This document shows positions 9,951-21,909 of a stretch of 64,000 nucleotides of DNA, piece by piece; within the stretch, counting starts at the first letter, position 1, and the number at the start of each line of letters is the position of its first letter. A program made the translations under genes and the position numbers. The stretch comes from Escherichia coli (GTDB lineage: Bacteria; Pseudomonadota; Gammaproteobacteria; Enterobacterales; Enterobacteriaceae): the NCBI RefSeq assembly GCF_041248615.1, contig NZ_CP158426.1. One strand, written 5' to 3'. Below the pieces are notes generated by a model that saw only the letters and a program-made list of their open reading frames with translations, was not told the DNA's origin and searched no databases.

Positions 9951-11711
9951 TCAGTTAGCGATAAAACGCTTCTCGTCTGTCAGTACTTGCAATAACAAAC
10001 TTAACTGTGGTTTTTCATCTTTCACTCTTTCACCACGTAAGTTGTAAGTACGGTATTTACCGTTATTGTTCAGCACCAGCGTCTTTTTCGGGGTGGTAAT
10101 TGCCAGCGTATCGTTATCCGCGGCGGTAACCCAGTAATGACGGCGTTGAGAGTTGAACAAATCCTGACCTTGCGAATATTCGCTGGCAGGTGTGCTGACA
10201 TGTAGCAGGCGTTGCATCAGCGTCGTCATCAGATCGGTATGATCAGTCAGAGCATTAATACGCTGCGCCGGCGTACCTGGCCAGTGAATCACTAATGGCA
10301 CCTGCAGATGACCGTGGGACCAGTCAAAGGTTTCTTCCTCTTCGCTCAGTGGAATACCCCGACCGGCAGTGATAATCACCACCGTATTGTCCAGTTTGCC
10401 AGAATCACGCAGTGCATTGAGCACGCGGTTGATCTGGTCATCGACATTGCTTGCCGCCCGGCTATATTTCCGTGCAAATGCCTGCTGATTGCTGTCGTCA
10501 ATGTTAGTGCCATTGAAAGAGACCCACGAGAACCAGCGGTTATCTTCTTGTGCGTAGCGGCCCAGCCAGTTGATCCACTGCGTGGCGGTCTGCTCGTCGG
10601 ATTGGGTGCGTACGCTCGGCATCGAGAAATCTGACAACAATGCCTGGCGATACAGCGGGCTGGTAAAGCCATCTGACGAGAATAACCCCAGCTGATAGCC
10701 TTGCTGATTAAGCGCAGTAATTAATGCCGCAGGCGTACGGGTCGACAGAATGCCGTCCATATAGCTCGGCGAGATGCCATAGAACAGGCCAAAGATGCCG
10801 TTGTCTGTAGTGTTGCCGGAGCTCATATGGCGCGTGAACGAAATATTTTGCTCAGCAAAACCTGCCAGCGCAGGCATCTGCTTCTCGAAGCGTGAGTAGT
10901 TCAGGCCATCGACAGTAATCAACAAGACATTCTGCCCGGTGCCCATATCGCGATAGCGCAGTTCGCTTAACGGATACTGAACGGAAACGGCGTCTGGATT
11001 ACCTTGCTCAATAAGACGGCGTTGATACTCCTGCGCATCAAGCAGACCATGCTTCTCAAGAAAACGTCGCGCCGTCATCGGGTACGAAAGAGGCAGGTTA
11101 GCGCGCTGCATGGTGATCGGGCGATAGAAGTTGGCATCGGCCCAGATATACACCACATGCGAGGCGATAAAGGCGATAAATAAGAATGCGGCCAGCGGGC
11201 GCGCGAAGCGCCGACGACGCGTCAGGCTGCGTAGCTTTTGCCAGCTCCACGTCGCAAACACCAGTTCAAGCAATAAAATAACCGGCACGCTGATGAACAT
11301 CAGCTGCCAGTCGCGCGCCATCTCATTTTCGTCTGGGTTGATAACCAGTTGCCAGACGATGGGATTAAGATGGAGATGGAAACGAGTAAAGACTTCGCTA
11401 TCGATCAGTAATAGCGTCATTCCCGCCGTTGCCAGAATGACGGACAAAAACCTCATCAGCCTCTGGGAGCCGACGATAAAGGTCAGCGGGAAGAGGATCA
11501 GCAAGTAGGTGGCGAACACCAGGAAGCTGAAATGGCCGATAATGCTTACGTAGGAATAAATGCGACCAGCAAGCGTTGTCGGCCAGTCGGCGATAAACAG
11601 GTAACGGCTGCCAATGACGAGCGAAAGCAGAATATTGAACAGTGCAAACCAGTGCCCCCAACTGACCATCTGGGAGACTTTTTCACGGTAGCGCTGACGA
11701 TGAGTTACCAT
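9951..11711 (-). CDS. yejM: Inner-membrane protein YejM/PbgA (sulfatase-like periplasmic domain)
   Basis: 586-aa ORF with N-terminal TM helices. Confidence 0.93.
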   Translation of the reverse strand: MVTHRQRYREKVSQMVSWGHWFALFNILLSLVIGSRYLFIADWPTTLAGRIYSYVSIIGHFSFLVFATYLLILFPLTFIVGSQRLMRFLSVILATAGMTLLLIDSEVFTRFHLHLNPIVWQLVINPDENEMARDWQLMFISVPVILLLELVFATWSWQKLRSLTRRRRFARPLAAFLFIAFIASHVVYIWADANFYRPITMQRANLPLSYPMTARRFLEKHGLLDAQEYQRRLIEQGNPDAVSVQYPLSELRYRDMGTGQNVLLITVDGLNYSRFEKQMPALAGFAEQNISFTRHMSSGNTTDNGIFGLFYGISPSYMDGILSTRTPAALITALNQQGYQLGLFSSDGFTSPLYRQALLSDFSMPSVRTQSDEQTATQWINWLGRYAQEDNRWFSWVSFNGTNIDDSNQQAFARKYSRAASNVDDQINRVLNALRDSGKLDNTVVIITAGRGIPLSEEEETFDWSHGHLQVPLVIHWPGTPAQRINALTDHTDLMTTLMQRLLHVSTPASEYSQGQDLFNSQRRHYWVTAADNDTLAITTPKKTLVLNNNGKYRTYNLRGERVKDEKPQLSLLLQVLTDEKRFIAN

Positions 11712-11730
11712 AACCTGTTATCTGTTTCCC

Positions 11731-11958
11731 TTAGTGCGCTTTGTCTTCGTTGATAGAGGACTGTAAGGCGCGGGCAAAAGAGTTGGCAATTGCCTGGCGT
11801 TGGGCCGGGGCAATGCTGGTGTTGATAAGGTTAGTGACCATGTTGCCTAACACCATCAGGGAAAGGTCGGTCGGAGCCTTATGTTTTTCCAGTACGTTGA
11901 GCAGCTCTGCGAGCAATTGTTCAACCTGTTCATCACTGTAGCGGGAAATTTGTGGCAT
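11731..11958 (-). CDS. yejL: Small protein YejL (UPF0352)
   Basis: 75-aa ORF immediately upstream of yejM on same strand. Confidence 0.88.
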
Positions 11959-12139
11959 AAATCGAAATCAGTTAGTTGATGAAAGGGCAACATATTACCG
12001 TAGCAACGGTTTTTTTTCTGCTTTTTTATGCGTTAAATCATTCTCGTTACGCCGCCTTCTGTAAAATGACCGCCATCTTTTATTGCGTCGCTTAACCGGC
12101 GGTGGTTGAATACCGCCCGGTCTTAAAGGAGAGTTTATC

Positions 12140-13147
12140 ATGAGTCTGGATATCAACCAGATTGCTCTGCACCAGCTTATCAAGCGTGATGAGCAGAACC
12201 TTGAGCTGGTGTTGCGCGATTCATTGCTGGAACCGACGGAAACCGTCGTTGAGATGGTGGCAGAACTGCATCGGGTCTATAGCGCCAAAAATAAAGCTTA
12301 CGGCTTGTTTAGCGAAGAGAGTGAACTGGCGCAGACGCTGCGTTTACAGCGTCAGGGCGAAGAGGACTTTCTGGCATTTAGCCGCGCGGCAACCGGTCGC
12401 CTGCGTGACGAATTAGCGAAATATCCTTTTGCTGACGGTGGATTCGTGCTGTTTTGCCACTATCGCTATCTGGCGGTGGAGTATTTGCTGGTGGCAGTTC
12501 TGAGCAATCTGAGCAGTATGCGCGTTAACGAAAATCTCGACATCAACCCAACTCATTATCTTGATATCAATCATGCAGATATTGTTGCGCGTATCGATTT
12601 AACCGAATGGGAAACCAATCCAGAGTCGACCCGCTATCTCACTTTCCTGAAAGGACGAGTAGGGCGCAAAGTGGCGGATTTCTTTATGGATTTCCTCGGT
12701 GCCAGCGAAGGGTTAAACGCGAAAGCGCAAAACCGTGGGCTGTTGCAAGCGGTTGATGATTTCACTACCGAAGCACAACTGGATAAAGCAGAGCGACAGA
12801 ACGTGCGCCAGCAGGTTTATAGCTACTGTAATGAGCAGCTGCAGGCAGGCGAAGAGATTGAACTGGAATCGCTGTCGAAAGAGCTGGCAGGCGTCAGCGA
12901 CGTGAGTTTCACGGAGTTTGCGGCTGAAAAAGGCTACGAACTGGAAGAGAGCTTCCCGGCAGACCGTAGCACACTGCGTCAGTTGACGAAGTTTGCCGGT
13001 AGCGGCGGTGGCTTGACTATTAACTTTGATGCGATGCTGTTGGGCGAACGGATTTTCTGGGATCCGGCGACCGATACCCTGACCATTAAAGGCACGCCGC
13101 CGAACCTGCGCGATCAATTGCAGCGCCGGACGTCCGGCGGCAATTAA
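12140..13147 (+). CDS. yejK: Nucleoid-associated protein YejK (NdpA)
   Basis: 335-aa [22 protein letters not shown]... Confidence 0.93.
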   Translation: MSLDINQIALHQLIKRDEQNLELVLRDSLLEPTETVVEMVAELHRVYSAKNKAYGLFSEESELAQTLRLQRQGEEDFLAFSRAATGRLRDELAKYPFADGGFVLFCHYRYLAVEYLLVAVLSNLSSMRVNENLDINPTHYLDINHADIVARIDLTEWETNPESTRYLTFLKGRVGRKVADFFMDFLGASEGLNAKAQNRGLLQAVDDFTTEAQLDKAERQNVRQQVYSYCNEQLQAGEEIELESLSKELAGVSDVSFTEFAAEKGYELEESFPADRSTLRQLTKFAGSGGGLTINFDAMLLGERIFWDPATDTLTIKGTPPNLRDQLQRRTSGGN

Positions 13148-13166
13148 TCGGTTTTGTGTTCTGAAT

Positions 13167-13200
13167 GCCAGATGCGGCGTGAACGCCTTATCTGGCCTGC
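13167..13200. repeat. REP (repetitive extragenic palindromic) element
   Basis: GCCAGATGCGGCGTGAACGCCTTATCTGGCCTGC. Confidence 0.8.
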
Positions 13201-13241
13201 AAAAAATAGCAATACCGTAATCAGGCATAATTTGCAGAGAC

Positions 13242-13270
13242 AAAAAACCCCGCCGGAGCGGGGTTTTTTA
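13242..13270. terminator. Bidirectional intrinsic terminator shared by convergent yejK and rplY
   Basis: AAAAAACCCCGCCGGAGCGGGGTTTTTTA. Confidence 0.85.
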
Positions 13271-13285
13271 CAACTTATTCAGCAA

Positions 13286-13678
<393 letters not shown>

Positions 13679-13694
13679 TCAATCAAAACTACCA

Positions 13695-15455
13695 TTAACC
13701 GCGTAATTCGTGTGCCCGACGAAAACGACCTTCGTAATCGAACACTTTTTCACGCACTTGCCAGTACTGACCTTTCATGCGGGCGACGACAAAATCCGGG
13801 TGTCGCAGTAATGCTTGCTGGGCGAGGATATCGGCGGCGGTGATCCAGCGCAGAGGGATGCCCGGTGTGCGCGTATGCGGACGGATAAAAAGTTGTTCGA
13901 AGGCGGTACGCTGGGCGGGCGTTTGTAGACGGAAACGCTCACTCACATCCGCGCCGTCTTCATCGTAATAGGTGATTTTCAACCATTCGCCTTTCTCGTC
14001 GTGCCCATGCTGCAAAGACATGCCGCTACAGCGTAATACCAGCGCGTCTTTCAGTCGTAGCGCCGCTTTTAACATATCATCCGGATCAACCAGTACGGTG
14101 TCACATTCGCGGCAGCGGCGGGCGGCAATATCGTTTTCCGCGTTACATTGCGGGCAATTTTTAAAACGGAAACGGAAATCACACTGTTCTCGATGACCGT
14201 CGTCATCTTCAAACCATCCCTGACAGCGGCGACCAAAGTGTTCAATCAATGTCCCGTCGGCGGTCGTTTTCCCCCAAAAGGTGTTGGCAAAACCGCAGGC
14301 AGGGCAGAAAACCTGTACCGGAACGTTGTCACTTTTGCCTTTCGGTGTACCAACTTCCGGCGCGTAGAGATCGTGAGGGTTACCCGCATAATCAAGAATT
14401 AAGCAATCAGTCTTGCCTGGAGCGAGACGCAGACCGCGCCCGACAATTTGTTGGTAAAGACTCACCGATTCGGTAGGGCGCAGAATGGCGATAAGATCGA
14501 CGTGCGGGGCGTCAAATCCGGTGGTCAGTACCGCGACGTTGACCAGATAGCGAAAACGCTGGGCTTTAAAATCTTCAATTAACACATCGCGCTCAGCGCC
14601 GGGTGTGTCTCCAGTAATCAGTGCAGCATCTTCGGCAGGCAGCAGTCCCACTATCTCCTTGGCGTGTTCAACGGTGGCGGCGAAAATCATCACTCCTTTA
14701 CGCTTTTCGGCGAACTCCATAATCTGGCTGATGATGTGGGGGGTAATACGTTGCTGTTTTTTCAGCTCACGGTTGAGATCGGCTTCACTGAACAAACCGT
14801 TACTCTGTGCCTGCAAGCGGCTGAAATCGTATTGCACTACTGGCATATCCAGCCGTTCTGGCGGTGTCAGATAGCCGTGTTTAATCATATAACGCAGCGG
14901 CAGCTCATAAATGCAGTCACGGAAAAGGGCTTTCTCATCCCCGCGTACCATGCCGTGATAATGGAACTGATAAATCCAGCCTTTGCCCAGTCGAAAAGGC
15001 GTGGCAGTCAGCCCCAGCAGGCGTAAGTGGGGATTCACTTTGGTCAGGTGAGTGAGGATTTGCTGATACTGGCTCTCTTCATCGTCACCAATACGGTGGC
15101 ATTCATCGACAATCAACAGCGAAAATTCACCCTGAAAGGCATCAAGATTACGGGCGACCGACTGCACGCTGCCAAATACCACTTTACCGTGGCTCTCTTT
15201 GCGCTTTAGCCCGGCGGCAAAAATATCGGCTTCCAGCCCCAGCGCCTGATATTTTGCATGGTTTTGCGCCACCAGTTCTTTAACGTGTGCCAGCACCAGC
15301 ACGCGACCACGAGCCAGCCGCGCCAGTTCCGCTATCACCAGGCTTTTACCTGCACCGGTGGGCAGCACGATGACGGCAGGGGTTTTATGACGACGAAAAT
15401 GGTTGAGCGTGGCATCCACGGCTTCTTGCTGATATGGGCGGAGTGTAAAAATCAT
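13695..15455 (-). CDS. radD: Superfamily 2 helicase RadD (YejH)
   Basis: 586 aa; Walker A PTGAGKS, DECH box, C-terminal Cys cluster. Confidence 0.93.
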   Translation of the reverse strand: MIFTLRPYQQEAVDATLNHFRRHKTPAVIVLPTGAGKSLVIAELARLARGRVLVLAHVKELVAQNHAKYQALGLEADIFAAGLKRKESHGKVVFGSVQSVARNLDAFQGEFSLLIVDECHRIGDDEESQYQQILTHLTKVNPHLRLLGLTATPFRLGKGWIYQFHYHGMVRGDEKALFRDCIYELPLRYMIKHGYLTPPERLDMPVVQYDFSRLQAQSNGLFSEADLNRELKKQQRITPHIISQIMEFAEKRKGVMIFAATVEHAKEIVGLLPAEDAALITGDTPGAERDVLIEDFKAQRFRYLVNVAVLTTGFDAPHVDLIAILRPTESVSLYQQIVGRGLRLAPGKTDCLILDYAGNPHDLYAPEVGTPKGKSDNVPVQVFCPACGFANTFWGKTTADGTLIEHFGRRCQGWFEDDDGHREQCDFRFRFKNCPQCNAENDIAARRCRECDTVLVDPDDMLKAALRLKDALVLRCSGMSLQHGHDEKGEWLKITYYDEDGADVSERFRLQTPAQRTAFEQLFIRPHTRTPGIPLRWITAADILAQQALLRHPDFVVARMKGQYWQVREKVFDYEGRFRRAHELRG

Positions 15456-15604
15456 GGTCTCGCGTAGGTAGATTATTCTGCTAATAGTATGCCACGGATC
15501 TTTTTCCCTTGAGGGAAGTTATTAGACCGCTATACTGGGCAGACAACAGTTCAGATTTTCGGGTCATTACCCGACCTCCGTTTTTTACAGGCAAAATCAC
15601 ACAC

Positions 15605-16300
15605 ATGCGACTTGATAAATTTATCGCACAGCAACTCGGCGTTAGCCGTGCTATTGCCGGGCGTGAAATCCGCGGCAATCGTGTCACCGTCGATGGCGAA
15701 ATCGTCCGTAATGCAGCGTTCAAACTGCTCCCTGAACATGATGTCGCTTACGATGGCAACCCGCTGGCGCAGCAACACGGTCCACGTTACTTCATGCTCA
15801 ATAAACCTCAGGGCTATGTTTGCTCCACGGACGACCCGGATCACCCAACGGTGCTCTATTTTCTTGATGAACCGGTAGCGTGGAAACTGCACGCTGCAGG
15901 GCGTCTGGATATCGATACCACCGGTCTGGTACTAATGACAGATGATGGTCAGTGGTCGCACCGCATTACTTCTCCGCGCCATCATTGCGAGAAGACCTAT
16001 CTGGTGACGCTGGAATCACCCGTAGCTGACGATACGGCAGAGCAATTTGCTAAAGGCGTGCAGCTGCATAACGAAAAAGATCTCACTAAGCCGGCGGTGC
16101 TGGAAGTGATTACCCCAACGCAGGTTCGTTTGACCATCAGCGAAGGGCGTTATCATCAGGTGAAACGTATGTTCGCCGCCGTGGGTAACCATGTGGTTGA
16201 GCTGCATCGTGAACGTATTGGCGGCATTACGCTGGATGCTGATTTAGCTCCCGGTGAATATCGTCCGTTAACTGAAGAAGAAATTGCCAGCGTCGTCTAA
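15605..16300 (+). CDS. rsuA: 16S rRNA pseudouridine(516) synthase RsuA
   Basis: 231 aa from ATG at 15605 ([16 protein letters not shown]...); S4 domain. Confidence 0.93.
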
Positions 16301-16327
16301 CTTTTCAATGACTTTCAGGAGCCCGTT

Positions 16328-17518
16328 GTGACCACCCGACAGCATTCGTCGTTTGCTATTGTTTTTATCCTTGGCCTGCTGGCCATGTTGATGCCGCTGT
16401 CGATTGATATGTATCTGCCCGCGCTACCGGTAATTTCAGCGCAGTTTGGCGTACCGGCAGGCAGTACGCAGATGACCCTCAGTACTTATATTCTGGGCTT
16501 TGCGTTGGGGCAGTTAATCTACGGGCCGATGGCAGACAGCTTCGGGCGTAAGCCGGTGGTTCTTGGCGGTACGCTGGTGTTTGCCGCCGCCGCGGTGGCG
16601 TGTGCGTTGGCACAAACCATCGATCAGCTGATTGTGATGCGTTTCTTCCACGGTCTGGCTGCGGCTGCGGCCAGCGTGGTTATCAACGCTTTGATGCGTG
16701 ATATCTACCCGAAAGAAGAGTTCTCGCGGATGATGTCGTTTGTCATGCTGGTGACGACCATTGCACCGCTGATGGCACCGATAGTTGGCGGCTGGGTGCT
16801 GGTGTGGCTGAGCTGGCATTACATCTTCTGGATCCTCGCTGTGGCGGCGATTCTGGCTTCGGCAATGATCTTCTTTCTGATCAAAGAAACCTTACCACCG
16901 GAGCGTCGCCAGCCTTTTCACATTCGTACTACTATTGGTAACTTTGCGGTGCTGTTCCGTCATAAGCGTGTCCTGAGTTATATGCTTGCCAGTGGTTTCA
17001 GCTTTGCCGGGATGTTCTCGTTCTTAAGCGCCGGACCGTTTGTCTACATTGAAATTAACCACGTCGCGCCGGAAAACTTTGGTTATTACTTTGCGCTAAA
17101 CATTGTTTTTCTGTTCGTGATGACTATCTTTAACAGCCGCTTCGTTCGCCGCATTGGCGCGTTAAATATGTTCCGCTCGGGGTTGTGGATACAGTTTATT
17201 ATGGCGGCGTGGATGGTCATCAGTGCGCTGCTGGGGCTGGGATTCTGGTCGCTGGTGGTTGGCGTTGCGGCGTTTGTGGGCTGCGTGTCGATGGTGTCAT
17301 CTAATGCGATGGCGGTCATTCTGGATGAGTTTCCCCATATGGCGGGAACGGCATCTTCGCTGGCAGGAACCTTCCGTTTCGGCATAGGGGCAATTGTTGG
17401 CGCATTACTTTCTCTTGCGACCTTTAACTCTGCATGGCCGATGATTTGGTCAATTGCATTCTGCGCAACCAGCTCCATTCTCTTCTGTCTGTACGCCAGT
17501 CGGCCGAAAAAACGGTGA
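16328..17518 (+). CDS. bcr: MFS multidrug efflux transporter Bcr (bicyclomycin resistance)
   Basis: 396-aa 12-TM ORF, GTG start. Confidence 0.92.
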   Translation: MTTRQHSSFAIVFILGLLAMLMPLSIDMYLPALPVISAQFGVPAGSTQMTLSTYILGFALGQLIYGPMADSFGRKPVVLGGTLVFAAAAVACALAQTIDQLIVMRFFHGLAAAAASVVINALMRDIYPKEEFSRMMSFVMLVTTIAPLMAPIVGGWVLVWLSWHYIFWILAVAAILASAMIFFLIKETLPPERRQPFHIRTTIGNFAVLFRHKRVLSYMLASGFSFAGMFSFLSAGPFVYIEINHVAPENFGYYFALNIVFLFVMTIFNSRFVRRIGALNMFRSGLWIQFIMAAWMVISALLGLGFWSLVVGVAAFVGCVSMVSSNAMAVILDEFPHMAGTASSLAGTFRFGIGAIVGALLSLATFNSAWPMIWSIAFCATSSILFCLYASRPKKR

Positions 17519-17531
17519 TCTATTGCACAAC

Positions 17532-17558
17532 GAGGAAGCTAAAAGGCTTCCTTTGTTG
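17532..17558 (+). terminator. Intrinsic terminator after bcr
   Basis: GAGGAAGCTAAAAGGCTTCCTTTGTTG. Confidence 0.7.
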
Positions 17559-17850
17559 ATGCATGTCAACCACAAATCCATCATTCCCCCGATATATGTT
17601 TATTTTATGTAAAATCAATTTATGTAAAAAGTCACATCATTGTAGTTAAAAAGGTTGAGTTAGATCGCAGAAACGGGTACATATAGCCCCGCAAACGTGA
17701 CCACGCCCGCAGATATTATTTAAATCAGAGCCATAGAGGCCACGCTGGCGAGGCATCAATCTTTACGATCTGTATAAAGACGGATTGTTGATGATGTGTT
17801 AAAATTGATGTAAACAAATTGTGAAGTAAATGTGCTTCCGGGGAAAATAA

Positions 17851-18195
17851 GTGACTTCATTACAACTCTCAATCGTCCATCGACTGCCGCAGAACTATCG
17901 CTGGTCTGCTGGTTTCGCAGGTTCGAAGGTTGAACCGATTCCGCAAAATGGACCGTGCGGTGACAACAGCCTGGTGGCGCTTAAATTGCTTAGCCCGGAT
18001 GGTGATAATGCATGGTCGGTGATGTACAAACTAAGCCAGGCGTTAAGCGACATCGAAGTTCCGTGTTCGGTGCTGGAGTGTGAAGGTGAGCCGTGCCTGT
18101 TTGTAAATCGCCAGGACGAGTTTGCAGCAACATGCCGATTGAAAAATTTTGGTGTGGCAATTGCCGAACCCTTTTCAAACTACAATCCTTTTTAA
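17851..18195 (+). CDS. yejG: Uncharacterized protein YejG
   Basis: 114-aa [21 protein letters not shown]..., GTG start. Confidence 0.85.
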
Positions 18196-18198
18196 GCG

Positions 18199-19788
18199 TC
18201 AGCTCAACGCCAGTAGCTGACGCGTATACTCCTGCTGCGGTGCGGCAAACACGCGCGCGCACGGTCCTTGTTCCACTACTTCCCCTTGTCGCAGTACGAT
18301 AACCTGATGACATAACGCGCGGACAACGTGCAAATCGTGGCTGATAAACAAATAGGCCAGTTGATGCTTTTGTTGCAATGATTTCAATAGCGTCAATATT
18401 TGCGCCTGTACCGTTTTGTCGAGTGATGATGTCGGTTCATCGAGTATGATCAGCGAGGGCTTAAGAATTGATGCCCTGGCAATCGCAATACGTTGCCGCT
18501 GACCACCAGAGAACTCCGCTGGATAACGGTGGCGTGTTTCAGGATCTAATCCCACTTCATGCATCACGGCTATCACTTGTTGTTCGCGTTGTGCGGCAGA
18601 AAGCGTCGGCTGGTGAACCCGTAAGCCTTCCTCAATAATTTGCAAAACGTTGAGTCGTGGGTTGAGTGAGGAGTTTGGATCCTGAAATACCACCTGAATG
18701 CGATGACGAATAGGTAACAGCTGGCGGCGATTTAAATTTTGCAGTGGCTGACCGTCAAAGATGATGCTGCCCTGAGAATTAATCAGTCGCAGCAGCGCCA
18801 GTCCCGTCGTGCTTTTCCCGGAACCGGACTCGCCCACTAAACCCAGTGTTTCACCCGCCCGTAGCGTAAAACTGATGTTTTTCACCACCACATTATGATC
18901 CACAATGCGCTTCAAAATCCCTTTGCGAATGGGGAAGGCAACCTGAAGCTGTTCAACATCCAGCAACGTTGAGGCAGGTTCTGGCAATGGCACCGGGTCG
19001 CCTGACGGTTCACTGTTGAGTAGCTTTTGTGTGTAAGGATGAGTGGGTGAGGCAAATAGCGTAGCGGCGTTATTTTGCTCGACACAGCGACCGTTTTGCA
19101 TTACCGCCACGCGATGGGCCAGTTTTCTGACAATGCTGAGGTTATGAGTAATAAACAGCATACCCATATTCAGCTCGCCTTGCAGTTCGCGCAACAGCTG
19201 TAAAATCTGCGCCTGGACAGAGACGTCCAGTGCGGTGGTTGGTTCATCGGCAATTAATAATTCCGGTCGCGTTAACAGCGCCATCGCAATCATCACCCGC
19301 TGGCGTTCGCCGCCGGAGAGCTGATGCGGATAATCTGTCAGCCGTTTTGCCGCCTGGCGGATACCGACGCGATCAAGGCAGTTAAGAATTTCGCCACGAG
19401 CCGCTTCCCGACGCATCCCGCGGTGGAGTGAAAGCACTTCATAAAGCTGTTTTTCCAGGGTATGCAATGGATTTAATGACACCATCGGCTCCTGAAAAAT
19501 CATGGCGATCTTATTACCGCGTACACCGCGCAACGTTTGATCGCTGGCATGAAGCAGCGATTCGCCATGAAAACGAATATCGCCGGAGAGATATTCAACC
19601 GGCGGGGAAGGGAGCAGGCGTAAAATTGACAGCGCGGTAACGCTCTTACCTGAACCAGACTCACCCACCAGCGCCAGCGTTTCGCCAGCCTCAATCTGTA
19701 GTGAAACATCATTGACTACTGTGCGTACGGTTTGCTGATGGCGAAAACCCACCGACAAATTTTCAATCGCTAACAGAGTTTGCGTCAT
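18199..19788 (-). CDS. yejF: Peptide ABC transporter ATPase YejF (two ABC domains)
   Basis: 529 aa from ATG at 19788 ([13 protein letters not shown]...); two Walker A motifs GESGSGKS. Confidence 0.93.
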   Translation of the reverse strand: MTQTLLAIENLSVGFRHQQTVRTVVNDVSLQIEAGETLALVGESGSGKSVTALSILRLLPSPPVEYLSGDIRFHGESLLHASDQTLRGVRGNKIAMIFQEPMVSLNPLHTLEKQLYEVLSLHRGMRREAARGEILNCLDRVGIRQAAKRLTDYPHQLSGGERQRVMIAMALLTRPELLIADEPTTALDVSVQAQILQLLRELQGELNMGMLFITHNLSIVRKLAHRVAVMQNGRCVEQNNAATLFASPTHPYTQKLLNSEPSGDPVPLPEPASTLLDVEQLQVAFPIRKGILKRIVDHNVVVKNISFTLRAGETLGLVGESGSGKSTTGLALLRLINSQGSIIFDGQPLQNLNRRQLLPIRHRIQVVFQDPNSSLNPRLNVLQIIEEGLRVHQPTLSAAQREQQVIAVMHEVGLDPETRHRYPAEFSGGQRQRIAIARASILKPSLIILDEPTSSLDKTVQAQILTLLKSLQQKHQLAYLFISHDLHVVRALCHQVIVLRQGEVVEQGPCARVFAAPQQEYTRQLLALS

Positions 19789-19789
19789 G

Positions 19790-20815
19790 CTACACCGCCT
19801 TATTAGGATCAAATGCGTCGCGGACGGCTTCACCAATAAAGATCAGCAAAGACAACAATATCGCCACCGACAAGAAGGCGGTGATCCCAAGCCACGGGGC
19901 CTGAAGGTTATTTTTCCCTTGTAACAGCAGTTCGCCGAGTGACGGTGAACCGAGCGGCAGACCGAAGCCGAGGAAATCGAGTGAGGTCAGGGTGGTTATC
20001 GAACTACATAAAATAAACGGTAAAAAGGTGAGGGTAGCGACCATGGCATTTGGCAACATATGACGCAGGATGATACTGCGATCGCTGACGCCAAGCGCCT
20101 GCGCCGCGCGGATGTAGTCGAAATTACGGGTACGTAAAAACTCCGCCCGCACCACGCCGACCAGACTCATCCAGCCAAACAAGACGGTAATTACCAGCAG
20201 CCACCAGAAGTTAGGCTGTACGACGCTGGAAAGTAAAATAATCAAAAACAGCGTCGGCATCCCCGACCATACTTCAATAAAACGTTGCCCCCAGAGATCG
20301 ACTTTACCGCCGTAATAGCCTTGTAGCGCCCCCGCCAGCACGCCCATCACGCTGGAGCAGAGGGTCAGCATCAGGCCAAACAGAACTGAGATCCGCGTGC
20401 CATAGAGAATACGTGCCAGCACATCGCCGCCATTGGCATCCGTTCCCAGCCAGTTTTGCCGGGAGGGTGGGGAGGGGAAGGGCTTGTCGGTAGAAAAGTT
20501 GATACTGGTAGCGCCAAAGCGAATCGGTGCCCACAGTACCCAGCCTTTATCTTCCAACCGCTGTTTCAGCCACGGGTCCTGATAATCAGCCTGGCTTGCC
20601 AGCGGGCCGCCAAAATCGCTTTCGCTGTAGTTTTTCAACAACGGGAAATACCAACTGCCGTCATAACGCACCAGCAACGGTTTATCGTTGGCGATCAGTT
20701 CAGAACACAAACTCAAACCAAACAAAACGAGGAAAATCCATAACGACCAGTAGCCGCGACGGTTATGACGAAAACGCGCCCAACGGGCCTGATTGACGGG
20801 GCTGAGTCGCGACAT
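19790..20815 (-). CDS. yejE: Peptide ABC transporter permease YejE
   Basis: 341-aa ORF, polytopic. Confidence 0.92.
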   Translation of the reverse strand: MSRLSPVNQARWARFRHNRRGYWSLWIFLVLFGLSLCSELIANDKPLLVRYDGSWYFPLLKNYSESDFGGPLASQADYQDPWLKQRLEDKGWVLWAPIRFGATSINFSTDKPFPSPPSRQNWLGTDANGGDVLARILYGTRISVLFGLMLTLCSSVMGVLAGALQGYYGGKVDLWGQRFIEVWSGMPTLFLIILLSSVVQPNFWWLLVITVLFGWMSLVGVVRAEFLRTRNFDYIRAAQALGVSDRSIILRHMLPNAMVATLTFLPFILCSSITTLTSLDFLGFGLPLGSPSLGELLLQGKNNLQAPWLGITAFLSVAILLSLLIFIGEAVRDAFDPNKAV

Positions 20816-21909
20816 TAACGTCCCTCAAAATCTATACGCGGATCGACCAGCGTATAGCTGATATCACTGACAATATTCAGCAGCAGGCCAATCAGGGTGA
20901 AAATATACAAGGTACCAAACATTACAGGATAATCGCGCGAGACGGTCGCTTCGTAGCCCAGTAAGCCAAGACCATTGAGTGAAAACATCACCTCAATCAG
21001 CAGCGAGCCGGTAAAAAACATGCTGATAAACGTCGCCGGAAAACCGGCAATCACCAGCAGCATGGCGTTGCGGAACACATGTTTCCAGAGAATATTTTTT
21101 TCACTTACCCCTTTCGCACGGGCGGTCACCACGTATTGCTTGCGCACTTCATCAAGGAATGAGTTTTTTGTCAGCATGGTCAGCGCCGCAAAGCCGCCAA
21201 TCACTGTCGCCAGCACCGGCAGCGTGATATGCCACAGATAATCGGTGATTTTCTGATACCACGGCAGCGAATCAAAGTTAGCGGAAACCAGGCCGCGTAG
21301 AGGGAACAGGTCGAAATAGCTGCCGCCCGCGAAGAAGACAATCAGCAGGATGGCAAACAAAAAGGCCGGAATGGCGTAGCCGATGATGATAAATGCGCTA
21401 CTCCAGACGTCAAAGCGGCTCCCATTATAAACAGCTTTGCGAATGCCTAACGGAATCGACACCAGATAGATAATCAGCGTGCTCCACAATCCGAGGGTGA
21501 TGGAAACCGGCAGACTGTCTTTAATCAGCGTCAGCACCGAGGCGCTGCGAAACAGGCTATCGCCAAAATCAAAGCGGATGTAGTCCCAGAGCATTTTGAA
21601 GTAACGTTCGTGGATCGGCTTATCGAAACCGTAGCGATGAGTGATCTCGGCGATCACTTCTGGATCTAATCCGCGTCCGCCACGGTAATTACTGTCGCTG
21701 ATATTGCCGACGCCCGTTTGCGCATGGCTGGCGCGAACACCTTCACCGCCTGCGCCGGGTAATACTCCGGCATTACCAAACTCAATGGCGGCGATGGCCT
21801 GGTCGACCGGACCGCCAGGCGCAATTTGCACGATGAAAAAGTTGATAGTGATAATCGCCCATAACGTTGGGATCACCAGCAACAGACGGCGAATCAGATA
21901 AGCGCCCAT
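20815..21909 (-). CDS. yejB: Peptide ABC transporter permease YejB
   Basis: 364-aa ORF, polytopic. Confidence 0.92.
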